Shown piece by piece: positions 46,402-54,730 of a stretch of 64,000 bases of DNA (position 1 is its first letter; each line of letters opens with the position of its first letter). Source of the stretch: Candidatus Bathyarchaeia archaeon (GTDB lineage Archaea; Thermoproteota; Bathyarchaeia; Bathyarchaeales; Bathycorpusculaceae); assembly GCA_038883715.1 (NCBI GenBank), contig JAVZLS010000005.1, positions 1 to 64,000 of the forward strand. Direction: 5' to 3'. A program made the translations under genes and the position numbers. The notes beneath the pieces were generated by a model. The model made no database searches, had not been told where the DNA came from, and saw only the letters and a program-made list of their open reading frames with translations.

Positions 46402-47136
46402 TCATTTTCTAAACTTTTGAAGCCTTATGAGAAGTTCTTTGTCGCCGTCGTAGTCTCCTGCGCATGTTGCTATTACGCCGTCCACCAAGCCCTCAAGTTT
46501 TGATGCTGTTTCCTCAACCTTTTCCATGGTTGTTGTCACTGGCCACCCGATTAGTTTAACCATTTCTGCATTTTTGGGTGTCCCGACAAGGAAGTATGTG
46601 TATATGGGTTTGTTTAGGCGTTTGCACTCCTTCGCCACTTGCTCCAGTGCTGGAAAGGTTTTGTCTTCAAGCCTCATGAAGAAGACGAAGTCCCATGGCT
46701 CTTTGGCTCTTGCTATTGTTTCCTCGATGGTTCGGCGTGCTGTAAGTAAGCATCCCAGTTTGACGTTTTTTAGGCGTATTGTTGTGCGTAGGAAGTCTCT
46801 GGCTTCCTCTGAAGACTTAAACATTTTTATTGGCTCTCCATATTTTGGTATGTCTCCCATTGTTAGCACCAGCCCATCCAAGCCTACAGCGTCTGCAGCC
46901 AAAGCCAAACCTCCAACTTCGACCGGCCCCTTGTAGTGGAGTATGAATATTGGTATGACAATTTTGTCTGGATATTTGCTTTTTAGGACACAGCCCACCG
47001 CTGTGCCGCTGGGCGCTGGCATTCCGGCGGCGCTGTCAGTTATGTTCCATCCATCCACAAGGTCTTTAACTTCCTCTGCAAGCTTCAAAAATTTACGTGT
47101 AGGGACAAACTCATGCAGTATTTTCATTGAACTCAT
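46402..47136 (-). CDS. Divergent methylenetetrahydrofolate reductase (MetF)-like protein
   Basis: EFVP, NITDS, LTMGD.P barrel motifs; canonical HLTCRD replaced by IFILHY. Confidence 0.55.
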   Translation of the reverse strand: MSSMKILHEFVPTRKFLKLAEEVKDLVDGWNITDSAAGMPAPSGTAVGCVLKSKYPDKIVIPIFILHYKGPVEVGGLALAADAVGLDGLVLTMGDIPKYGEPIKMFKSSEEARDFLRTTIRLKNVKLGCLLTARRTIEETIARAKEPWDFVFFMRLEDKTFPALEQVAKECKRLNKPIYTYFLVGTPKNAEMVKLIGWPVTTTMEKVEETASKLEGLVDGVIATCAGDYDGDKELLIRLQKFRK

Positions 47137-47273
47137 CTCGCCCTCTAGAGAGAACAACTTCAGCATTAAAAATTTTTGCAAAAAACTAATGAAAACATAA
47201 TGTAAAACATGCTTTGCTTCAGAAAGCGGAAATTATAAAGAACACCAGCATACTAACATGTTGTGGATGTTTC

Positions 47274-48032
47274 ATGAACGTAATTCAGATAATTGGCGTT
47301 GAAGGCTTACCAATTATAAAGGCTGGAGACAACCTTGCAGAGCTTATTTGTAAGGCTGCTGAGCGTCAAGGGACGCCAATACAGGATGGCGACATAATAG
47401 TTGTTACACACGTTGTTGTTTCGAGGGCTGAGGGACGGGTTGTAAACTTGGATGAGGTGACGCCTTCGCTTTTTGCGAGGACTGTTGCAGAGCTTTACGA
47501 CAAGGACCCCGCCATGGTTGAGGTTGTCCTTAGGGAGGCAAAGAGCATTAGGCGCATGGCTGATGGGAAAATAATCACCGAGACAAGGCATGGGTTTGTC
47601 TGCGCCAATTCTGGGGTTGACAAGTCTAACGTGCCCGGGGAACGCTTTGTGGCTTTGCTCCCAGAAGACCCTGACGCTTCCGCCGCTAAGATTAGGCGTG
47701 AGATTAAGCGTTTAACTGGCTGTGATGTGGCTGTCATAATTTCCGACACGCATGGCAGACCCTTAAGGGAAGGCGAAATAAATGTTGCTGTTGGCGTTTC
47801 AGGCTTGAAGCCCATAAGAGACCGCAGAGGCGAAAAGGACTTATTCGGCTATGTTTTACGGGTTAAGCAGACAGCCGTTGCCGATGAGCTCTGCTCGGCG
47901 GCTGAGCTTGTTATTGGGCAAGCGGATGAAGGCATCCCGGTGGCTATTATCCGCGGCTACAAGTACACAAAGTCCGAGGATGCAAGGGCTACGGAGCTTA
48001 TTAGACCAAGGGAGAAGGACCTATTCCTCTAA
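47274..48032 (+). CDS. cofE: F420-0:L-glutamate ligase, copy 2
   Basis: VVSRAEG, CANSGVDKSN, LPEDPDASA, DTHGRPLREG, ADELCSAA. Confidence 0.93.
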   Translation: MNVIQIIGVEGLPIIKAGDNLAELICKAAERQGTPIQDGDIIVVTHVVVSRAEGRVVNLDEVTPSLFARTVAELYDKDPAMVEVVLREAKSIRRMADGKIITETRHGFVCANSGVDKSNVPGERFVALLPEDPDASAAKIRREIKRLTGCDVAVIISDTHGRPLREGEINVAVGVSGLKPIRDRRGEKDLFGYVLRVKQTAVADELCSAAELVIGQADEGIPVAIIRGYKYTKSEDARATELIRPREKDLFL

Positions 48033-48054
48033 TAGGCGCGGATGGTGGTGCCGA

Positions 48055-49032
48055 TTGTCTTGTAAAGGAGTATCATTCAGGGAGGCTGAAAGCCTAGAAG
48101 TAATATGTTTAATGGACAACTGTATAGACTTCACATCATCCATTAACCGACGGGAAGTCCAAGGCGTTAGAAGTTGGGTTGCGAGGCGCATGGGCAAGGG
48201 GTGGGTTGAGAAGAATTTTCGTCTACCAATAGCTGAGCATGGTTTGTCAATGCTTATTACGGTGTACTACAATGGAAAGTCGCACAGTTTGCTCTTTGAC
48301 ACTGGTGTAAGCCCTATGGGATCGATTTCAAACGCATATGGTATGGGCATAAACCTTGGGCAGATTGAGGCTGTTGTCTTGTCTCATGGGCATTACGACC
48401 ATTTCGGCGGACTGCTAAGCTTTATCAAAGCCATCGGTAAAGTCGACTTACCAATAATGGTGCATGAGGACATGTTTAAAACGAGAGGTGCAGCCGAACC
48501 AGACGGTTCTGTTAGGCGATATCCAGAATTCCCAAGGGAGGCTCAAATTCGTCCAGCCAAATTCGTGAAAACAAAGGAGCCATATTTGCTGGCTGATGGC
48601 ACGGTGCTTGTGACTGGCGAAATACCAAGAATAACGGATTTTGAGAAGGGCTATGCACAGCAGCGCGCCCTTGTTAACGGTGAATGGCAGCCGGACCCTT
48701 GGATTTGGGACGACCGAGCATTAGCTGTCCATGTCAAAAATAAGGGGCTTGTCATATTGTCCGGTTGTGCCCACGCTGGAATAGTTAACACGGTGCTTTA
48801 TGTCCGGGAAATAGCCGGAATCGAAAGGGTCTACGCCATAATTGGCGGTTTCCACTTGTCTGGCAAAGATTGCGAAGAGCGAATAGATAAGACTGTGGAA
48901 GCACTTAAACGCTTAAAGCCAGAATTGGTTGCACCTATGCACTGCACTGGTTGGAGGGGTGCCTTTGCAATGGCAGAAGCCATGCCTGAAGCCTTCGTTT
49001 GGAACAGTGTTGGAAACCTCTACACCTTTTAA
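48055..49032 (+). CDS. MBL-fold hydrolase COG1237 (MJ0301-like, linked to pterin biosynthesis)
   Basis: AEHGLS, LFDTG, SHGHYDH, GCAHAG, GGFHL, PMHCTG; start moved to TTG 48055. Confidence 0.85.
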   Translation: MSCKGVSFREAESLEVICLMDNCIDFTSSINRREVQGVRSWVARRMGKGWVEKNFRLPIAEHGLSMLITVYYNGKSHSLLFDTGVSPMGSISNAYGMGINLGQIEAVVLSHGHYDHFGGLLSFIKAIGKVDLPIMVHEDMFKTRGAAEPDGSVRRYPEFPREAQIRPAKFVKTKEPYLLADGTVLVTGEIPRITDFEKGYAQQRALVNGEWQPDPWIWDDRALAVHVKNKGLVILSGCAHAGIVNTVLYVREIAGIERVYAIIGGFHLSGKDCEERIDKTVEALKRLKPELVAPMHCTGWRGAFAMAEAMPEAFVWNSVGNLYTF

Positions 49033-49130
49033 AATTTTGGGCACAGGCTGATGGCGAGTTTTCTGAAACTAAAAATTTAAAAGTGAGGTTTTGAAAATAA
49101 AGCATTCCAAAATTGTGGAGTTGAAATTCG

Positions 49131-50177
49131 GTGATAAGGGAGAAAAGACAAACTCCATTCTTTAAAAGGAAGCTTGAGCCAATAGAGGTTAAAACTCCGA
49201 AGAAAATTTCAGAACTGCTTGCAGAAATGGCTAAAACTGGTTTTCAAGGCAGAAAACTGGGCGAAGTGGTTGAAGTATGGGAGGAAATGCTCAAAGACGA
49301 CGTTGTAATATTTTTTGGCTATGCCGGCTCCATGAGCACTACTGGGCAGTGGAAAATTGTTAATTGGCTTATTGAGCACCGCTTTATTGACGTTATAGTT
49401 TCCACAGGTGCGAACATATCTGAAGATATCTTGGAAGCTATGGGCGGAACTTACTGGCAGGGTCACCATATGGTGGACGACCACCAGCTTTTACAATATA
49501 AGATTGATCGTTTTTACGACGTTTTTGCGGACGAGCTTGAATACCGCCAAATGGAAAGCCTCATCGCCAACTTCATGAAGAAGTTAAGCCCAAACCGCAA
49601 ATATTCCTCAGCTGAATTTCTCCATCTTTTCGGGAGAGAGCTTTCCCAAATGGGGATTAAAAGCATAATTGCAACAGCATATGAGAACAAAGTGCCAGTT
49701 TTCTGCCCAGCCATAGTTGACAGTGGCTATGGAATCGCATACCTCCTAAACAGGAAACTTGAAAGCAACTTCGACATAACCATAGACCAAATGCGGGACT
49801 TTGAACAGCTTGTTGATATTAAGGCTAGGGCAGCTCCAGAAAGTGCTGTAATCTACATCGGTGGCGGTGTGCCAAAAGACTTCATCCAACTAACCACTGT
49901 TGGGAGAAGTCTAACAGAATCCAGAAAATACGAGAGGACCTATCCTCACAAGTACGCCATACAGGTTACGACTGACGCGCCTCATTGGGGCGGCTTGTCG
50001 GGCTGCACTTTTGAGGAAGCCATAAGCTGGGGTAAGGAAGCCAAGGAAGGGCGGAATGTGCAGTGTTACTGTGACGCAACAATAGCCTTACCAATGGTGG
50101 TTCACGCCTTGGCTGAGAAAATCGATAAAAGGGCGAAGATGCCAGACTTGTCTTGGCTGTTTAAGGGTTTAGAATAG
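49131..50177 (+). CDS. Deoxyhypusine synthase-like paralogue
   Basis: GFQG, STGANI, PAIVDS, GGGVPKDF, HWGGLSGCTFEEAISWGK. Confidence 0.9.
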   Translation: MIREKRQTPFFKRKLEPIEVKTPKKISELLAEMAKTGFQGRKLGEVVEVWEEMLKDDVVIFFGYAGSMSTTGQWKIVNWLIEHRFIDVIVSTGANISEDILEAMGGTYWQGHHMVDDHQLLQYKIDRFYDVFADELEYRQMESLIANFMKKLSPNRKYSSAEFLHLFGRELSQMGIKSIIATAYENKVPVFCPAIVDSGYGIAYLLNRKLESNFDITIDQMRDFEQLVDIKARAAPESAVIYIGGGVPKDFIQLTTVGRSLTESRKYERTYPHKYAIQVTTDAPHWGGLSGCTFEEAISWGKEAKEGRNVQCYCDATIALPMVVHALAEKIDKRAKMPDLSWLFKGLE

Positions 50178-50192
50178 CCTCTGGCGTTTTCC

Positions 50193-51116
50193 ATGGAGAA
50201 AGTGAAGGACTTCGAAATTTCGAAGGGTGTTTCCGCAGACACTATTGTCCGGCAGATGCTTGAAAGCGGAGGCTTCACAGCCAAAAACCTCGCCGTCGCC
50301 GTCGATATTCTCGAGGCGATGCTAAAAGAGCAGAAAATCCTCAACTTTCTCTCTTTTCCTGCATGCATCATTGCCACTGGCACTAGGGGCATTATTCGTG
50401 ACATGGTTAAGCGTAAATGGTTCCATGTACTGGTTACGACTTGTGGCACCTTGGACCATGATTTGGCACGTTGCTACCGAGACTATTTTCAAGGCGACTT
50501 CTACATGGACGATAGGGAACTGCATAGGAAGGGCGTGAGCCGGATAGGCAACGTGCTGGTGCCAAACGCCTCATATGGCGAAATTATCGAAGAGAAAATG
50601 GCGGAGTTCTTGAGTAGCGTTTATGCGGAAGGCAAAAGGGAACTTGCCACCTACGAGTTGTGCTGGGAGATTGGCAAACGCCTCCCCGAAAACTCGATAT
50701 TATATTGGTGCTGGAGAAATGGCATACCAGTAATAGTGCCGGGCATAACAGACGGTGCAGTGGGCTACCAGATTTGGCAGTTCAGCCAGGACCACAAAGA
50801 CCTAAAAATAAACGTGCTTAAGGACGAGCAACTCCTAAACGATATGGTATGGGAAGCAAAAAAATCAGGAGCCCTAATAATAGGCGGAGGCATATCAAAA
50901 CACCACGTTCTCTGGTGGAACCTATTCAGAAAGGGACTTGACTATGCCGTTTACATAACAACAGCCGTCGAATACGACGGAAGCCTATCTGGCGCTAGAC
51001 CACGCGAGGCAATATCATGGGGAAAAATACGCGAAAAAGCAAAAACAGTAACCATAGAAGCTGACGCCACAATAGCCCTACCAATAATATATGCAGCCCT
51101 CCTCGAAAGACTCTGA
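50193..51116 (+). CDS. dys: Deoxyhypusine synthase (canonical archaeal type)
   Basis: GGFTA, RIGNVLVP, ITDGAVG, GGGISKHH, YDGSLSGARPREAISWGK. Confidence 0.94.
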   Translation: MEKVKDFEISKGVSADTIVRQMLESGGFTAKNLAVAVDILEAMLKEQKILNFLSFPACIIATGTRGIIRDMVKRKWFHVLVTTCGTLDHDLARCYRDYFQGDFYMDDRELHRKGVSRIGNVLVPNASYGEIIEEKMAEFLSSVYAEGKRELATYELCWEIGKRLPENSILYWCWRNGIPVIVPGITDGAVGYQIWQFSQDHKDLKINVLKDEQLLNDMVWEAKKSGALIIGGGISKHHVLWWNLFRKGLDYAVYITTAVEYDGSLSGARPREAISWGKIREKAKTVTIEADATIALPIIYAALLERL

Positions 51117-51131
51117 AATATTTCGGGCAAG

Positions 51132-51803
51132 TCAGATAAAATGTAGGATTTCATTTAAGTTCCTTATTTTTCTAATGTTCCCATCAACTTTGTTTTCTCT
51201 ATCGATTAAAAAAGCGTTTAAGCCAGCCTTTAATGCGCCTTCATAATCGATCTCAAATTCGTCTCCAACAAACACTGCTTCAGCGGGTTGAAGACCAAGC
51301 TTTTTCAAAGCGTAATTGAAAATTTCCTTTTCTGGTTTTGCTTTACCAGCAACGTCTATGCAAACTTCTACGTCGAAGAAGCCTTTAAGGTTGAGTTTTA
51401 AAAGAACTTTTTCCAAGTCATATTTAAAGGTGTTTGTTATTATGCCCGTCTTCAAGCTTCTTTCTCTAAGCTTCTGCAAAACTTCCGGCACTTCTGGATA
51501 AAGCGATATGTCAGCATATTCCCACCATTCCCTATCAATAGCCTCCGCCAATGGTAACGCAACATCTTTTATTCCTAAAGACTCGAGAACTATAAGATTA
51601 AGGTTCACCCAAAATTTTGCCCCAAGCTCTATCATCTTATCAACGTCCAATTTTTCCCTCGCTTTCTCCACCGCCTTACTAATTTTTTCAATAGGCTTGA
51701 TTATCCCATGCGCTTTGAGGATCTTCTCAAAAACCTTCGGCGTTGGCTCCGGCTTAACCAGCGTTCCACCCATATCAAAAAGAATAGCCTTTATCTCAGC
51801 CAT
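51132..51803 (-). CDS. HAD-superfamily hydrolase
   Basis: FDMGGTL, ITN, KP..IF, VGD..D..GA. Confidence 0.9.
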   Translation of the reverse strand: MAEIKAILFDMGGTLVKPEPTPKVFEKILKAHGIIKPIEKISKAVEKAREKLDVDKMIELGAKFWVNLNLIVLESLGIKDVALPLAEAIDREWWEYADISLYPEVPEVLQKLRERSLKTGIITNTFKYDLEKVLLKLNLKGFFDVEVCIDVAGKAKPEKEIFNYALKKLGLQPAEAVFVGDEFEIDYEGALKAGLNAFLIDRENKVDGNIRKIRNLNEILHFI

Positions 51804-52113
51804 TATGAAATACCTTCTCCGGTCACACATTTTTGTACTTATGATACCTTAAACTTTATTATTTCACATGGATTTAAACCATAATTTTATCGAATTCAAA
51901 ATTTTATGGCTATGCGCGTGCCCTTGTGCTTTATGTGTAAATCTTGTAACCCCGTCTTTCAGAGACATATCTGAATTTGGTCTCGACCAATTGCTTGTTC
52001 TCTTAAATTGCACAGGCAGCACCTCTTTTATGTCTCCTAACAGAAATTAAAGTAAGTGAAGGTCGCAACGGTTTGACTTGCCATTAACTATGATTTTTGT
52101 ATTGCTTTCCGGT

Positions 52114-52779
52114 TTATACTGTTTCTTTGGCTCTTTTAATTTTGTCGATTAGCTTTTCGTTAAACTTTTTCCGGGGAATAGCGATTATCTCTCTCACTTC
52201 TAGGCCTTTTTCTATGTCTGTGCTTTTTGGGATAGGTGCAGGTTTGACGATTATTGCGCAGTCGGCTCCTCCGCCAAGCCAGCCTGTTCCAGCTATTGCT
52301 ATAACTTCCTTGTCGATTGGAACCGTGCCTGCCTCAGCTGCTATTAGGGCTACTTCCAATGCTGTTTTAAATCCATAACCCATACATCTGCTTACGAATT
52401 CGTGTATAGCCCATGATGGTGCGGCTCTTCCCAAAAATTGAGCGTCGAAAGTTACTCCCTTAAAGACGTATTGAGTTTCCTCAACAATTTTAACCTTTAA
52501 ACCTTCAAGCTTTTCCCTAATATCGCCTGTTATGCCAGGCCATTTACCGCTCTCCGGCCATGCAAGCCTAAGCCCCGCATAAGCCGTAACACAAACAACC
52601 TTAACCCCAAACTCCTTCAACGCCTCCGCAACCTTCAAAGCAGTTTTTCCACTCTCAGAAGCCACAACAACATACTCAATTCCTGAGCCCTTGACCCTTC
52701 TCTTAACAGCCTCGATCAAAGCCTCAGTATTTTGAGGCCCAGGCTCATCAAAATATCTTATATTTTCATCATGAAACAT
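52114..52779 (-). CDS. Pyruvate kinase alpha/beta-domain protein (MTH1675-like)
   Basis: YFDEPGPQNT, VVASESGKTA, G.KTALEV..AAEAG, IAGT..GADCA. Confidence 0.82.
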   Translation of the reverse strand: MFHDENIRYFDEPGPQNTEALIEAVKRRVKGSGIEYVVVASESGKTALKVAEALKEFGVKVVCVTAYAGLRLAWPESGKWPGITGDIREKLEGLKVKIVEETQYVFKGVTFDAQFLGRAAPSWAIHEFVSRCMGYGFKTALEVALIAAEAGTVPIDKEVIAIAGTGWLGGGADCAIIVKPAPIPKSTDIEKGLEVREIIAIPRKKFNEKLIDKIKRAKETV

Positions 52780-53048
52780 ATTATCACCTCTTCTTCTATA
52801 AAATTTAAAATTTTCCTCACAGAGACAATCATTCACAGGAGATAAAATACAAGCGTAACCCTAAAAATGATGTTCCATTAGTCATCGATAACAGAAGGGC
52901 AAGTTTGGATGTTTTTAAATAGAGGTCTTTAGCGTTTGTAAATGCTTATATGGGATGAGATGCTAGTTTGGCGATGTGAGTTGTTGTTTGGAAATTGGCA
53001 GAATATGTCCGTATGGAAGAGTTAATTGTCTAGCTGTAAGTGGTTTTT

Positions 53049-53828
53049 ATGAAGGTGGCTGTTTCTGGTAAGGGCGGCGTCGGCAAGACTCTTGTTGCTG
53101 GCGGTTTGGCGTACGCCTTAACCAAGAGAGGGTTTAAGACCATTGCTATCGATGCTGACCCTTCACCTAACCTTGCTTTAACTTTAGGCTTGTCCTCCGA
53201 GGAAGCCAGCCGTATAGTGCCCATATCAGAGAATAGGCAGCTTATTGATGCGAAAACGAGTACTGGTTATGCTGGTGTTTTCCGCTTGACATTCACTGTT
53301 GATGATATTGTTCGGGACTACGCCGTTAAGACGCCTTTTGGCGTGAACTTGATTGTTATGGGGACTATTCGTTCTATGGGGGTTGGGTGTACTTGTCCGG
53401 CTAATGCTGTTATCCGTTCGCTTTTGAGGCACTTGGTTGTTGAACGTGGCGAGGCTGTTGTTTTGGACATGGAGGCTGGTGTTGAGCACATGGGGCGGGG
53501 CACAGCGCGGCATGTGGATGCCATGCTTGTTGTTGTTAATGCTAATGTGAAGGCTCTTGAAACAGCTAAACGCATCCATGAGTTAGGCATAAAAGCCGGA
53601 ATGAGTCGCATCCTTCTGGTTGGAAACAAAATTGAAAATGAGGCTCAAAAAGAGGCTATTGAAAAGTACGCCAAAGAAAACAGCTTGACGGTTCTGGATT
53701 ATTTGCCCTTCGACCCAAAAGTTGTGGAGACTGAAATGAGAGGCGAAACACCACTAAAATATGAGGATGCCCCAGCCATTAAAGCCATAGAAAGATTATG
53801 CGACAAACTTTTGCAAGGCAACACCTAA
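53049..53828 (+). CDS. cooC: CooC/AcsF nickel-insertion ATPase
   Basis: GKGGVGKT, DADP, GCTC, DMEAGVEH. Confidence 0.93.
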   Translation: MKVAVSGKGGVGKTLVAGGLAYALTKRGFKTIAIDADPSPNLALTLGLSSEEASRIVPISENRQLIDAKTSTGYAGVFRLTFTVDDIVRDYAVKTPFGVNLIVMGTIRSMGVGCTCPANAVIRSLLRHLVVERGEAVVLDMEAGVEHMGRGTARHVDAMLVVVNANVKALETAKRIHELGIKAGMSRILLVGNKIENEAQKEAIEKYAKENSLTVLDYLPFDPKVVETEMRGETPLKYEDAPAIKAIERLCDKLLQGNT

Positions 53829-53876
53829 TAATGCCTAAAGCAATAGGATGAACCAGCCAAGAAGGGAACTTAAAGC

Positions 53877-54647
53877 ATGAAAATTCTCGTCACTATGGGG
53901 CGGGGAGGCACTGGAAAAACAAGCTTCGTAGCCCTAATGACAAAACACTTTATAGAATTGGGCGAGGCTCCACTCCTTCTTGTAGATGCTGACCCAGACC
54001 AGAACTTGGGCGAGATGGTTGGCGTAGACCTCCACGCAGCAGGCAAAAAGTCCATTTCAGAACTTCTCGTGGAAACCTTCCTAAAGGAGGGTGGAACAAC
54101 CGTTGGAGTGCCACCAACAGAGCGCATCGAGAGCCGAATTTGGGCTCATGGAATGTATGAGGGCGAGCACTTTGACTTTATTGCACTTGGAACAAAGTGG
54201 GTTGAAGGGTGCTACTGCCTACCAAACGCAGCCCTAAAGGGCGCATTAGAATCGCTAACAAAAAACTACAAGTACGTCCTAATCGATTCGCCAGCTGGCT
54301 TAGAACACTTGAATAGGCGTATAACATCCAAGGTGGACGACATCTTCGACGTCATTGACCCTTCTAAGAAGTCTTTTGACCATGTGGAGCGTGCCTACCG
54401 CGTGGCTAAGGAGGTTAAAATAGCCTTCCAAAACTTTTATGTTGTTGGCGGTTTCCGCTTCCCAGAAAGCCTAGAAAACCAAGCTAGGAACATTTTGCCT
54501 TTCAAGTTTTTGGGCAGAATCGCTTACGATGAGAGCGTTGAGGAATATGTTCTTGCTGGAAAATCTTTGCTGGGGATATCGCCGGAAACTCCGGCTTACG
54601 TTTCTGTTAAAAAAATAATGGAAAACGCTGGTTATGGCAAGGCGTAG
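53877..54647 (+). CDS. cooC: CooC/AcsF-like ATPase, second paralogue
   Basis: GRGGTGKT, DADPD, GCYC, DSPAGLEHLNR. Confidence 0.85.
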   Translation: MKILVTMGRGGTGKTSFVALMTKHFIELGEAPLLLVDADPDQNLGEMVGVDLHAAGKKSISELLVETFLKEGGTTVGVPPTERIESRIWAHGMYEGEHFDFIALGTKWVEGCYCLPNAALKGALESLTKNYKYVLIDSPAGLEHLNRRITSKVDDIFDVIDPSKKSFDHVERAYRVAKEVKIAFQNFYVVGGFRFPESLENQARNILPFKFLGRIAYDESVEEYVLAGKSLLGISPETPAYVSVKKIMENAGYGKA

Positions 54648-54730
54648 CCCAATTCACATAACGTTTGATGTAAGTTTCTAGAAAAGCTTAAAATGTTAGA
54701 TGCTGACATTAAAACCTTCTACTCTGGGTT

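Noticed and set aside
51868-52095. Possible decayed IS200-type transposase fragment or small ORF
   Set aside because: Only vague similarity across broken frames, no HUH motif or terminal hairpins; cannot be supported
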